Source of the DNA: the human T2T-CHM13v2.0 reference genome, Homo sapiens
Assembly (NCBI RefSeq): GCF_009914755.1
Contig: NC_060925.1
DNA: 64,000 bases
Direction: 5' to 3' (one strand)
A program made the position numbers and the translations under genes. Under the pieces are notes generated by a model. The model was not told the DNA's origin, did no database searches, and saw nothing but the letters and a program-made list of their open reading frames with translations. Positions within the stretch are counted from its first letter, which is position 1. The number at the start of each line of letters is the position of its first letter. This document shows, in pieces, positions 44,370 to 58,968 of the stretch.

Positions 44370-45491
44370 GACTTCCCTTGTGAACGACTTTTTAATTAGC
44401 TACTCTTTATTGGGTACCTCCTTTGTATGAGGCCTTGAACATTTTCTCATATAATCTTCACAGCTTCCCTATGAGGCATAGATAGTATTATTTCTGTTAG
44501 GCCAACATGGATACCAAAGCTCAGAGGAACTGCTTGTTCAAAGACATCTGGCAAGGGAAGGCAGAGCTGGGATTAAAAACTAGGGTTTGAACTCATATCT
44601 TCCCAACCTCAAAGCCTACACCTTCTTCAGCAGCCATCATAGCCCTAATGAAAAAAAAAAGGCCACCACCTTTTGCACCATTTATTTATTCATTTGAGCA
44701 TTAATTCATTTATTCATTCATTCAGTTAGTCAGTCAGTGCTACTTGAATGCTTATTATGGGCCAGGCATGTGCCAATATTAAAATGATGAGCCATGAAAA
44801 GGGCATCATCTCAGCTTCCACAAAGTTGAGAACCTTGTTCCCTCCAGGTTAGTTGCTTTTTCAGTATTTACAGATGAGGATTAGCTCCCTGCAAACACAG
44901 ATAAGAATGTAGAGTGAGGGAAAAAAATGTTTTTAATATAGGAGATGAACATTTTATGAATATTTCCATGTGAAAGAACATTAAAATTGATTACTAGGCA
45001 TAGGTTATGTGTTTGACTAGATTCCTTAATGACTTCAAGATGAATGAAGCACAGAAATTAATTAGTGGCTGAAACTCATGAAATCCCTGGTGGGGAAGAT
45101 ATAGCTGATCGGATTTTTACATGGAGTTGAAGCAAATGATAGAAATTGAGTTCCTGTTAGGAAGGACCAAGCATTTAAGACCTTGCTTAATGATATTTCT
45201 GGAGTGCTAGCAGCCTGTACGCTCTGGGCAACACTGCCAGATTCCTGAGTAAAGGTACCAACCTCACAAGCTATCAACTACAAATGACAGAACCCATGAT
45301 GTATGTCAGGACTTCAGTGCCCAGAGGGACCAGTAGGCTGCATACCCAGTTACAGAGGGCCAGGACTATTAACAGGTAAGAATAGTCTTCATTGCTACAT
45401 ACACACAGTGTATTTTCTCCTATTGTTAGATCTTTCATTTTCCTCCTTGCAATAGAAACGTAGATATAGGGAACTTCACTTTCACCTTTAC

Positions 45492-45547
45492 CATAAGAAA
45501 AACAATAGCCAGAGAGCAATAATGAATGGCCGATGTTCCACCTCAGT
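45492..45547 (-). pseudogene. candidate exon TEVEHRPFIIALWLLFFL (hydrophobic)
   Basis: CCCCCCTAG acceptor, ATG|GTAAAG donor. Phase 0 to 2, open. Confidence 0.4.
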
Positions 45548-45794
45548 CTAGGGGGGCAGTATAAAGTGGCAGGGCCTGTGGGACCCTGGAAATAACATGA
45601 CTTACCTAATGGGGCAGCTGCGACTCAGTTCCCGCTTATAGTTGCCATGCAAGAGGGTCCAGTTGTGTCAGATATTTCTATTTTTAAAGAGAAGCCAGAA
45701 ATCTGGATGTTTCTGTAAAATCCTCAGATATTTACATATTGGCAACCAATTTAAAATTAAAACAACAACAAAAGTCTTGGGCCAACCTTTTAAA

Positions 45795-45906
45795 TAGGTG
45801 ACCAACCATTCAGGTTTTCCTGGGACTGAGGGGTTACCTGGGACATGGGTCTTTCAGTGCTAAAACAAGGAGAGTCCAGGCCAAACTGGAATGGTTGGTC
45901 CTCCTA
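45795..45906. mobile_element. MER81 (hAT-Blackjack), nested in a MER102-like element (about 45570-45980)
   Basis: TIRs TAGGTGACCAACC ... GGTTGGTCCTCCTA. Confidence 0.7.
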
Positions 45907-46014
45907 GAATGTGGAGGACAAACAAAACATCTATATGGGCCAAATAAAGTCTGCAGGTGGTCAGCCTGTGACCTCTGAGGAATAGGACAGCAAACCAGAA
46001 TAGGATTGACATAG

Positions 46015-46391
<377 letters not shown>

Positions 46392-46478
46392 ACATAGACA
46401 TATTTTCAAAGGAATGGAAAAATATTTGATTATGAGAGACTACATATACATGGACAAAAGCACTACCAATGTACTCAC

Positions 46479-46515
46479 TTCCACTGTCCCCATAGTCCAT
46501 ATCTGATAGCCACAG
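46479..46515 (-). pseudogene. candidate 37-nt exon (F)CGYQIWTMGTVE
   Basis: TTGTAATCTAG acceptor, GAA|GTGAGT donor. Phase 2 to 0, open. Confidence 0.45.
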
Positions 46516-47687
46516 CTAGATTACAAACAATTGGAATGAACTGGTAACAATGCTATAAGGTTGGCTTTTTTTTTTTTTTTCAGCTGAACTTCGACCAAGG
46601 AACACACAGGGGAGAGAGCCTTTCTTTGAAGAGTGGGAGGTAAACAGAAGCAGAGGCTAAAAAGAACAGGCCGAGTGCTCTTAAAGGTTGCACACAATCT
46701 AAGGAAATGTTGGAAAGTTATATGGAATTGTCTTGAACCAGAATTTTTTAATGTACTTAAGTTTTGTAGCTGAGGTTAAGGGTTAATTTTTCACCAGCTT
46801 TGCTTTAAAAACACAAAAAACAAAACCCAGATTTTGTGTCCATAGAATATTACTATGAGAAGGGACCTTAATCACTGTGGCAGAAGAGTTCAAACTGGCC
46901 TGTTCAGAATTGTGTAGGAGGGCACCAATAGAGTGATAAGGGAAGGTGACAGCATCTTTAAGATGCATTTCCAGCAAAAAAATGTTTCATGGGACAAAGA
47001 AAAATGATCACTAAAATCTAAATCCAACAGAAGTTATTTCATACTCTGCTTTTTGTTTATGAAATCAAATGATAATAAACTACTGAATGCTCACATTGCT
47101 GAAACTCGATGCAAATTATGTCCTTTCACTGAAGGACAGTGGAATTGAAAAAGGAAAATTCATTATCAAAAAGGCTACTAGATAGTATCTGAGCCATTTC
47201 ATTTGGTCGATGCACATTTAAAAAATACCTATTACTTGCAAAACATAGCCAAAATGTTAAAAACAACCTTTCCAACCATAGTTATCCATTGACACATACT
47301 TGGCTTTATTCTTCATTTTCAACAGCATCTCTTTTTCATAACAGAATTCTCCTTGAAGTTAGAGAATAAACTCTGTAGTGAGGCTATGCTCCAGGCACAT
47401 AAGGAGCAAGTAAATGCAAGGCTGACTCTTATCTTATTACACCAGCATGCTGCACCAGCCAGAGAACTTACTGGTCATATTAACAGTCACAAAGAGGTAT
47501 TATTAAGGTCCAAAGACTCACCAGTTTCTTGTCTGAATAATGAGAATCTTCTTTCATTTACCTTGCTTTCTTTGGGGCCAAACATGGTTCATCTTTGACA
47601 CCTGTTTGTGTAAATTCCTAGGAATCTCAACAGAGTAGGATAGAGGCAATGGCCCAATAGTGTAAATAGCATGAATGTCATACTCAC

Positions 47688-47733
47688 AAACCACAGAGGC
47701 CAACCCAGGTTCCTTGCAAACTCTGAGAGGCTC
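47688..47733 (-). pseudogene. candidate 46-nt exon (R)ASQSLQGTWVGLCG
   Basis: TCTCCAGTCTCTAG acceptor, TTT|GTGAGT donor. Phase 1 to 2, open. Confidence 0.45.
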
Positions 47734-47970
47734 CTAGAGACTGGAGATCAATGGAAGCTGTCTTTATTATGGGTAGAAAGCATGTAGGTGTAAGGCACTT
47801 AAATACAAGCTTGGTGAATAGCTCAGGATCAGAATGATCTGATATGAGGTGCCAGCACCTAACAATGAGTTTATGGTTAAAAAAGCACACCCACACTGCC
47901 CCAGCACTTGCCATTCCCCTTCTGATTAGATCCAGGAAGGCTGCAGGAAGGGAGGGATGTGTTAATTCTT

Positions 47971-48133
47971 TTTTTGAGACATGATCTCACTATGTTGCCC
48001 AGGCTGGAGTGCAGTGGCTATTCACAGGCATGATCATTGCACACTACAGCCCAGAACTCTTAGGCTCAAGCAGTCCTTCTGCCTCAGCCTCCTGAGTAGC
48101 TGGGACTGCAGGGTGCATACCAGTGAACCTAGC
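47971..48133 (-). mobile_element. FAM (fossil Alu monomer)
   Basis: Retains the 7SL-derived GTGGCTATTCACAGGC segment. TSD TGTGTTAATTCTT. Confidence 0.8.
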
Positions 48134-48339
48134 TCTAAGGGTGTGTTAATTCTTGAACCCATTTTGGGGGTTGCTGACACTGGAAAATGAGCCAACAAAA
48201 CATGATTATAAAACATTGTTTTGGTGTTCAGACTAGACTCCCTGCTAGGACAAATCTCTGAGGGGCTGTTTTGGGCCCTTTATCTCAGAAATTAGTCTTA
48301 GGAATTTTGTTATTGTGTATGTGAATATGTGTGTTTAAA

Positions 48340-48680
48340 GTTAAAGCTCCAAACATTTATGATCTCATAAGTTCTGAGGGTCAGGAATCTGGGGGCAGCT
48401 TAGCTGGGTGGTTTTGGCCCAGGGTCTTTCATGAGGTTGCAGTCAAAGTGTCAGTCGGTGCTTCATTGTCTGAAAGCTTGACAGGGGCTCTAGGGTCCGC
48501 TCTAAGACAGTGCATCTTTGGCTCAAGCTGGCTCATTCATATGGCTATTGCCTGGAGGCCTCAGCTTCTTCCATCTTGCCATCAACCTATCTGTGTGGTT
48601 GCTTGAGTGTCTTCATGGCAAGGCAACTAGCTTCCCTCAAAGTGAACAACCTAAGAGAGAAGGGAGGACTGCAATTAACA
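48340..48680 (-). mobile_element. MaLR LTR (MLT1F-like)
   Basis: GGGTCAGGAATCTGGGGGCAGCTTAGCTGGGTGGTT...CATGAGGTTGCAGTCAA. Confidence 0.7.
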
Positions 48681-48805
48681 TGGCTTTTTAAATTGCATTT
48701 TTGAGATTTACAGCATCTTGGTATCACTAAGTTGCTTCATGGCTTCATGCCCCTGGCAGCCAATATAGTATTGGGGGTGATGTGGACTTTCCAAGGGTTA
48801 CTCAC

Positions 48806-48830
48806 TTGCTTTCAAAGGAAGCAAATGAGT
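48806..48830 (-). pseudogene. candidate 25-nt micro-exon THLLPLKA
   Basis: TCTTCCAATGCAG acceptor, CAA|GTGAGT donor. Phase 0 to 1. Confidence 0.5.
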
Positions 48831-49036
48831 CTGCATTGGAAGATGTGAGAGGTGGGTGATGATGTGGGCACCGCAACTAGGAGAAGCCTCCTGAATAAAT
48901 GACCGTCATTCATTGCCTAATAAAGTTATAATTGTCTAACTTCTGGAAGAGAAGGATTTGACCAAATATTTAGTCCAAACCTCCCATTTTACAGATACCA
49001 GTTGAAGACATGAGAGATGAAATTCTACATAAATAC

Positions 49037-49223
49037 CTTGGAGTATTTGTATTTAAAAGAGTCATCCTCTTTAATTAACGTCTCTTTGTAGGTAGGTTGT
49101 TATAGCACAGTATAGATAAGCAATCTCTGGACTTTCCAAGGTCATTATGAACAAAGACAAGATAGTGGCTGGCCATGAAGAAACTGTATATCTGATTCTC
49201 AGCCACCTTTGAGTCATGTGAAT
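49037..49223 (-). pseudogene. candidate 187-nt exon with a frameshift
   Basis: TTTTTCTGCATTCAG acceptor, AAG|GTATTT donor. Removing one copy of the 4-bp duplication at 49088-49095 gives 61 stop-free codons. Confidence 0.5.
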
Positions 49224-49347
49224 CTGAATGCAGAAAAATAATCAAGATCATAACACTAAGTCTCCCACACATTACTGGGATAATAAGTAGTTGGAAAGTT
49301 GTAAAGAAAGTTTCTTCTTCTAGGCCTCAAAGCTTTTAGAAAAAATG

Positions 49348-49588
49348 CAGGTTGAGTACTCCTTATTCTAAATGCTTGAGACCAGAAGTGTTTTGAATTC
49401 CTGATTTTTTTCAGATTTTAGGATATTTGCATTATACCAATTGAACATCCAAAATCTGAAAATCTGGAATCTGAAATGCTCCAAGGCTCCAAGGAGCATT
49501 TCCTTTGAGCATTATGTTGGCACTCAATAAGTTTTGGATTTTGGAGCATTTCAGATTTTGGATTTTCAGATTTAGGATGCTCAACCTG
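49348..49588. mobile_element. Tigger4a (MER46A/Zombi) MITE
   Basis: TIRs CAGGTTGAG ... CTCAACCTG followed by TA. Confidence 0.85.
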
Positions 49589-51620
49589 TAATTGAAAATA
49601 TTGGGTAACTTGCTTAACCTTGCTAAGACCCATTTCTTTTTCTGTAAAATCAGGCTGATGATGGAAACCTTATTGAATTCTGATAATCAGAAATAAGCTA
49701 TCCTATGTAGGTGTCCAATAAATGGTGGCTGATTTTATTATTACTATTACAATTATATTTTTTATTCAAGGCTTTAGGCTCATAAGCAATATGTGGTTAT
49801 TCCTACCTAAGAGAACATTTATCCCTTTAGTTCTCAAAATTACATTGGGGTATCTGATCTGTGTTGGTAGCAGGAGTAGGAGATTCTCCAGGTCACTGTA
49901 GCCTTGTGAGGTAGTGTTTCTCCTGAGACCACCTGGAGCAGAATTACCTAGTTATTGGTTAAAAATGCAAAGTCTTAGATCCTGCCACAGATCAACTGAG
50001 TGTATAAAAAATCGAAGTCTGAATCTATATTTTTAACAAACTATCCAAATGATTCTTATGCCCACTAAAGTTTGAAAACCTCTACATAAGGTGTTTTGGA
50101 GCCCTTATGAGGCTCACAGAGGACAAGCTAGATAAATTGATCTTAACCAGAAGTTTCTATATTTTAAAAACTTATGCATCCCCATCAATAAAATATTTTG
50201 TGTAATGTAATCCTAATGTTTATATATTTCCTTATACATTTATTTTAAAATTACATACAAGTACCACTATGCTAATATATACATTATAAAACAAAATAGA
50301 AATTTTAAAAAGATGAGATAAAAATTCAATGTAGAAATTTTAATATTTTCTTTCCACGTTCCAGTGGATCGTATGATATATCCCTTGGAATTTGTACTCC
50401 CTACACCAGAGACCACTGGTCTTAATCAGAAGTGGGCACTATGGTTGTGTTCATTCAATCACTTATTAAGCAAACATTATAGAATTCCTTCCAAATGCTG
50501 GGCTTGTCCTAGGCTCCAAGGCCTCACTGTGGTGATCATCTCCTTCCATCATGCTGAAGTGCTGATAGCATCATCACATCATCAGGTGTAAACCCTTTGT
50601 TCTTGCTAAGTTCTGTTGGTAGGAAGGTTCAGGTTGCCTCCTCCAGGCAGTAGGAGCAGTGCTGCATCTAGTTCAAGGCTATATTCAAGGTCAAACTATA
50701 ACTTAACAGAATATTTGGGTTGGGGGGAAAGTCCAAGACAGTCTTGGTATGTCACTAAGGACCTACACAATGAGGTTACAATAGATAAGTGGCCCTCACT
50801 GAACAGCCCAGAGCACCATCTTTGGGAAGGTTATGTGGCCCTGTGGAAAGAATGCTGGACTTGGTCTTGGAGGATCTGCATGTGGGTCTGGCTTCATTTC
50901 TTACTCTGTGAACTTCTGTAAATTGCTTACCCTCATTGAGTGTCTGTTTGCTGTTTTGTAGAACAAGAATGATAACATCTTTTTGCTATCATAATCAAAC
51001 TCTCCTCATCTTTGATAATCACATTGAATTCCAGGTTTAATCAATCAATGAGTTTGATTATAATAGCAAACATCTTTTTGCTATCATAGTCAAACTCTCC
51101 TCATCTTTGATAATGATAGCATTGAATTCCAGGTTTAATCAATCAGCTGTCAATCACTATGGATTTATTGAACGCCTGATGGATGTTCCAAAGCATCATC
51201 AGGTAAGTACAATTCCACTTTTCCTGATTTTGCTAGAAATCAAGTTCTTATTATCCTGAAATCAACTGCTCACCTTCCATCTGTCACCTCTCCACTGCCA
51301 CAAAGGTTAAGGGATGTGACTTCAAAGCCTGGCTTTGCCATTTTGTCATTTAATTTCCTTAAGCCTTTGTTACCTTATCTGTAAAAAGAGGATAATGATA
51401 TTTACCCCTGAAATTAGTGAGAATTAAATGAGATAAATCATGTAAAATGCTTGGTACAATTGAAACATAGTAAAAATTGAATATATTATTACTTAAATGG
51501 AAAATATGGTGAGGTTCTTTTTCAACATTTTGGCAAATGCGAACTGAAACCTGATACATCTGTTTAGACCTAGATTTCACTTGGGGATTCTAAAGAACCA
51601 AGTGATTTGACCTTATATCT

Positions 51621-51907
51621 ATTCTTTTTTAAATTTTTTTGAGACAGGGTCTTGCTCTGTTGCCCAGGCTGGAGTACAGTGGTGTGAACGTGCCTCACTG
51701 CAGCATTGATCTCCCAGGCTCAGGTGATTCTCCTGCCTCAGCCTCCTGAGTCCCTGGGATTACAGGGGCGTGCCACCACACCTGGCTACTTTTTTGTATT
51801 TTTTGTAGAGACAGGGTTTTGCCATGTTACCCAGGCTGGTCTCGAACTCCTAGGCTCAAGCAATCCACCCACCTTGGCCTTCCAAAGTAATGAGAATACA
51901 GGCGTGA
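51621..51907 (-). mobile_element. AluJ-like
   Basis: TSD GACCTT(A/T)TATCT. Confidence 0.9.
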
Positions 51908-52393
51908 GACCTTTTATCTTTTATCTGACTAACTTTCTTATATTGGTCATTAAGAATAAAGTTCAAAGATAGATTTTCTTAAAAAAATTTAGTTAGGGAA
52001 TTAATAATGACTTGCTTGGCAGAATGAAGTTTTTGGCTGTGTTTGAGATTGGTCTATATTTAAGAACTGCCCCCCAAATTAAGACTAAATATTTACTAGA
52101 CATAAGAATAAATGGAAAAGATCTTGCTAATGTAATAAAATGTGATAATGAAGCCATGAGTTGGTAGTTTATATGTGCCACAACAAAGCTTTGATCCTGA
52201 CTTTTAAATTATATAACACGAATCTTACCCTAATATTTAATAACAATGGATTTATTCTTGTTACACAAGCTATTGACGTAGCTTAAATTACTCACTTAGT
52301 GATGCGTGATGTAATAAACTGGCATTTCCTTCATCCTGAATTTTACAAGGAGGATTTGATTATATAGGCACATTTTAGCTGATCATAACTTAC

Positions 52394-52412
52394 CTTCATA
52401 ATAGGTCCACAG
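52394..52412 (-). pseudogene. candidate 19-nt micro-exon LWTYYE
   Basis: About T24 + AG acceptor and a consensus AAG|GTAAGT donor. Confidence 0.6.
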
Positions 52413-53075
52413 CTAAAAAAAAAAAAAAAAAAAAAAAAGACCAAAAGGCTGACCAGTATTTGTTTCGGAGTGAATTTGCATGCCATTTTCCTTAAATATC
52501 CTAAGTACAAACCTAATCTTTAAAACAAGGGCTCTCTTCTGTTGCCTGAGTTTGAAGCTAATCTTTGTTCTAATTTCTCTTTGTATCTTGTTGTGCTTTC
52601 CTAGCATTGTAGACTCATAGTGGCATACAGCATTAGAACGGGAAAGAAACTTAGAGATCTAATTCACCTCTATGACCCAGGCATGTTAGTTGATCATTTT
52701 CATCAACCTCGGAGGGGAGAATACACTCAAGGTCATGATTTGCAGCTCTGCTTATGGTTTATTTCTCCCAGCAAATAGTATTTGTTCAATTTCTCTGACT
52801 CCCGATTTAATTTTTTTTGTTCAGATGTATAAAAGTGTGGTAAAATCAGATTAACCTGAAACACTGTGTGCAGTTCTTTCCCTAGAACAAGACTTGATAC
52901 GTGAGTGGAAACTGGTATTTCCAGTTCTCATCAATGAGGTGTGGCAAATTGTGCCATGATCTGCTATTGGAACTGGTTATATTCATCCCATGGTTGTATA
53001 TTTTTAGTATTATGACTCTTCAAAATTGAGTATAAAATTGTCTACAATTTTAGTGAATATTCACATTCAGAAATC

Positions 53076-53369
<294 letters not shown>

Positions 53370-53872
53370 TAGAAATCATATTTAAGGCACATACTATTTC
53401 TCCTTTTTTCCACAGTATGATTTAGATTAAATGTTTCTTACTGAATTAATTACACTAGAGAACCCTAACCAAATTGAGGATTTTTTTATATTGTAAAAGG
53501 ATTTTTGAAAGTCTAAGATCTTGATTAATAAATTAGATTCTGAGACTCAGAACTCATTATTGAACTTTAATTGAGGAAGGCCTTTAGAAATGCTAATCTG
53601 ATATCCTGGGAGTTGTAAATATTGTATAGTAATAGCATATTTCATATTATTAAACAGACGACACTATTTAGCAAAAATAAAAGTCAATAATTTAGCAAAT
53701 AAAAGGCAAAGTAGATGTATGAGTGTAGCATCAGAATAATGTAAAATGGATTCCCAGAACTATCTGTGTTTACAGAGAAAAATTGTATAATGGGGATATG
53801 GATGTACCAGAAGAATGCAGCCTAGATGTTCCAATTTCAGGGTACATAATTGTGAACAAAGAAATAAGCCCA

Positions 53873-54241
<369 letters not shown>

Positions 54242-54982
54242 TTATTAAGCAGTAGGAAGTGTGAAGAATCTTTGATTTCTAGAACTATGTAGTTTGTACC
54301 TACTTTCTTACTTCCTTAGTCACTATACTTGTTTCAACTACCAATCAACTGAAACTGCTTTCAGAGAGGTCACCAATGAATTACAATTTGCCAAACTTTC
54401 TTCTGCAAGGAAAAAATTTGACATTGAGTACTTCCTCCTGAAAATTCACTTCTTATAAATTCATATAATTTGTACTGTACTTTATAATCTCTAGCTTCCA
54501 TGGTGTTGCCACTGAATAGTTTTCTGCTATTCTTATTCTTCCTTCACCCATACCATAATTAATTATTGATATCCAATATTCCATACTTGGTCCTTTTTTC
54601 TATTAATGCTACCAGAAGTTATGAACATACAATATGCATCAAATCACACATGCCCACAGCAGACGTTGTTAATTGATTTTGACAATTTTCTCTCAATCCT
54701 GATTCTATCCTAGAATTCTAAAACATGCTTCAGGCAGCCATCAAATGATCAGAGTTTGCACATCAAAAGAAACATTTTCTCTACTCCTGTTTTACATAAC
54801 TATCTTGGAAGATCTCATCTGTACTCTTGACTTTAAATTCCAAAAAGCCTACGGCTTATTTATTAGTGTATCCAACTCCTCTCATAGGGCCTAGAGAACA
54901 TGGTTTGCATTGGATAAATATTTGCAGAATGAAAGCTAAAATGTTAGATTAGCTAACAATATCTAAGTATATTTTGTCATAC

Positions 54983-55084
54983 CTTAAAAACTGAGTGCAA
55001 TAAAAATTGTAATATAATGTTCACAGAGAATATAGAAAATAGTGATGTTACGATCAGTTATGTACATTTTGAAAAATGTTGTTT
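54983..55084 (-). pseudogene. candidate exon KQHFSKCT*LIVTSLFSIFSVNIILQFLLHSVFK (TM-like)
   Basis: TTTTTGTTCAG acceptor, AAG|GTATGA donor. 102 nt, phase 0-0, one TAA. Confidence 0.5.
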
Positions 55085-55986
55085 CTGAACAAAAATTGCT
55101 TTCTTGACAATACTTCAAAATTATTGCCGAATAAATAAACTTATGTTCTGTTCAATAATAAGAAACATCCAAGGGAGCTGTGGAGCTTGGATTAGGGATT
55201 TGAGGACTTGGTATCAGACTAGTCCAATGGGTTATTTTGCCTCAAAGTAGTAAATTCCAATCCAATGACCAGTGAAAATAAAATGTGCTGTTTATTCCTA
55301 GCCAAGGTTAAAGTAGTAACATATAATTTGCACTGTACTTTGTAAACTTTTGAAAGAATTATAAATCTTTCATAATTGAAGTTACAGCCTATTACTTTTC
55401 TCTGAAAATTAATAAAGTAAATAAGTCTCTAAAATGTTTACTACAATGATACTTCCAGTAAAACATGTTTATATACATAGAATAAAGTGTTACAAAATTT
55501 GAGCCTGGTTTTTATCCTTTATTGTCTCATTTTTTAGGTTATTATGCAATAGGAAAGTATTTTCCACTTTGGTAATATTGCCTAAACTTTATTTATATAG
55601 CACCTTTACCATTTTTTCCTATATTCTTAAAAATGCACAATATTACCCAGCATATAGCACCAAATAAATGTTTGTTGGCTCTTATTTCCCCCCAAAATAA
55701 TAAAATAAATGCTACCTATGATAATTATATGTTATCAAAGATACTTGGCTTAAGCTGAGGGTGAGAAGTCTATGTATTTCAAGGCATCTAATAATGTGGT
55801 AGTTCCCAAGGGCCTGGTTTGAAGTTCCAGAGGTCCAAAGTGTGACCAACCAACTCATACTGCATTTAAAACTAGTGAGCATTCAATTCCAGAGTGTAAC
55901 AAGAAAGTATTAATAGCAGCACAGAAATGGGGTAGAAGAGCCAAGGACAGGAAGGCCCAGGTCATTTATAATGTATTAATACTTTA

Positions 55987-56339
55987 GGCAAACTTTTTTT
56001 TTTTTGGTAGAAATGGGGTCTAGCTATGTTTCCCAGGCTGGTCTTGAACCTGTCCTCAAGTGATCCTCCCACCTTAGCTTCCCAAAGTGCTGGGATTTAG
56101 TCATGAGCCACAGCGCCCAGCCAGGCAAATTTTTTCTGTAAAAGATTACTTGGTAAATATTTTGGGTTTTGTGGACTATCAAGTTTCCATTGCAACTACT
56201 CAGCTCTGCTGTTGTAGTGCAAAAGCAGCCATAGACAATACATAAATAAATGGATGTGGCTGTGTTCCAATAAAACTTTATTTATAAAAATAAGCAGTAG
56301 CCTGGATTTGTCTCAGGGGCCATAGTTTTCAGATCCCGA
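55987..56339. mobile_element. MER58A with a FLAM_C (about 55998-56122, minus) inserted near its end
   Basis: GCAGCCATAGACAATA...GGCTGTGTTCCAATAAAACTTTATTTA. The FLAM is flanked by AGGCAAA(C/T)TTTTT. Confidence 0.8.
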
Positions 56340-56636
56340 CTCCAGTGGTGTAGTTTTGGTGCTCAATTAGTTTTCGTAACTCTACAGACAGTCTTTTCGT
56401 CTTATTTTATTGTTTTATTCTCCAGTTTTATTGATTGATTGAGATGGTGTTTCATTGAATTTATGTTCTTTTAATGTTTTATGATAAAACACACACACAG
56501 GGAATTTTCCTCAGGTTGTGATTTCTTCCAGATTGGGTTTTTAATTTGCTTTTTTGTATGTCATATTCCTTTCTTATGTGCTTGTGTGTGTAGTGTTTGC
56601 CACTGTTGTATCATTAATTTTTGTCGTGCTCATTTT

Positions 56637-57061
<425 letters not shown>

Positions 57062-57659
57062 TCATGCTCATTTTGAATGTGCTTATTTAAATTTTCTCTG
57101 ATGTAGGTGCATTCTTTTGGATGCTTTCCAACTTATATGAGATTTGTTTCTCTTTCATTTGGGGCATGGTTTGTAGGCTGCATATTGAGATTGGAACTAC
57201 ATGCAGTCTTTGTTGGAAGGCTTGTTTTTTATCTGAGATACTGCTAAATATTCTATACCAAAGATCCATCAAACTAGTTTGGGGTGTATTTTATTCTTGG
57301 ACTGATTCTCCCAGGCCTTAGATCATTTTTCTAATTCTTCATGGAGCTCTGGAAAATGATAAGGCCTGGAGTATTTAACTCCTGATGTTGCCTATTCACT
57401 CCACTGTTTTACCTCTCCCCAAATTACTTATTTTGGGCGACGGGAGGTATATTAGTGAGAATTTTTTGGATTTGTTTCATTCAAAATATTAATACAATAT
57501 TGCTTCTGGTAACTGGGAACAGGATTAGTATACCTTCTCAATCCCTTTTATTTCTTTTGTTTGTTTGTTTGTTTAGGCATAAGTTTTGGTCCTTTCCTTG
57601 TTTGGTAATGGTGGGTTTTTTTTCTTGCTTTTCACTTATTTGCCTATTTTGTCTATCTG

Positions 57660-57880
57660 AGAGCAGTATAGTGTGGTGGTTAAAAACACAAGCTCTGAAT
57701 TGAGACTGCTGGGAATCAAATTTCAGGCCTGCCACTTACTAGCTATACTTTGTGTTTCAGTTTCCACATCTGTAAAATGAGGATATAATACTGTTTTTCA
57801 TAAAGATATGCTATTATTAAATGAGTTAAAATGTACAAAGTCCCTAGAATAATGCCTGGCACATACTAAGTACTATTTAT
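57660..57880 (+). mobile_element. MIR
   Basis: GCAGTATAGTGTGGTGGTTAA...CTGCCACTTACTAGCT...TCAGTTTCCACATCTGTAAAATG. Confidence 0.8.
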
Positions 57881-58912
57881 ATTTTACTGTTTTTGTTATA
57901 GATTTTTGATTTGTCTTCTCAAATATTGGGATAAGTGATTTTGCAATTTGGTTCATCCTGCTATCCTGACCTTCTGCTATACTAATTTTTAAAACTTTAC
58001 AGATATTCTTTGTTAGAAATTAAACCTAAAAAGCTGATTAACAGACTGTATTGTAATCACTTATGAATGGTAGAAGCAGCAGAAAGGAAAAAAGGCCATA
58101 AATATATATATATATATATACAATTAATAAGTAAATTGGAGAGAGTTAGCCTTGCACCTCTGTTTGTAAATCAAATTAATTTATTTTCAGTTATGTGTAG
58201 CCTTGACTTATTCTGCTGCCTAGCCTTGTATGTGATGTGACTTGCTTCAGAACATGTACTTTCTACTTTGTTTTGTCTGTTTGTCTCACACCAGCCTCTT
58301 CCAAGTCCCTGTTTGTCTCACATCAACATCTCCCAAGTCCCAGAAGACCTTGTCTTTTAGCCACAAATGCCTTTTCTTATCTCTTACCACCTGGAATGAT
58401 GTTGGCTTTAGAACTTTCCATTCCTTTCCATGTAAAAGAAGTGTTTGTAGTACTGGCTCTAGACGGCAGAGAGATTGATTACTGCCTGTCTATGTTTTCA
58501 CTCAAAGTTTTAGGTAAAAATTTGGTCCTTCATTTAATTTGTTTGTGGGGTTTAGGGTAAAAAGATCCTATCAAAATCAGGGACATTGACCCCTTAGAAA
58601 TATCTTGCCTTGTAAAGATTAATGGAACTTTTTCAATAGGTTTCACTGGGGACTTGAAATTTATGGACAGGCCTCATTTTGCATAAATTATTTGCAGTTC
58701 CTACACCTACATCCTCTCACAGGGTGAGTGTTTTTTTTTTTTAATCGTGGAATTACATTGAAATAAAATGGAAATAATTCTATTTCAAGAAAATCAGCAT
58801 TGTTGTATGTGATACACAATTAATTTTTTGGTAAAGTGAAGATCAAATAGAAAACTCATTTTATTTCAGTCTTTGATGAAAATATTTTTTCGGCAGCATA
58901 CCACACTCCTAC

Positions 58913-58968
58913 CTTAATATTGAACATGAGAAAATTGCCTTGAATCAACATTGACGCCAGGACTTAAT
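58913..58968 (-). pseudogene. candidate first coding exon, ATG at 58951: MLIQGNFLMFNIK
   Basis: TTCTTTAGTTTTCAG acceptor, AAG|GTAGGA donor. In-frame upstream TAA. Ends in phase 0. Confidence 0.5.
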
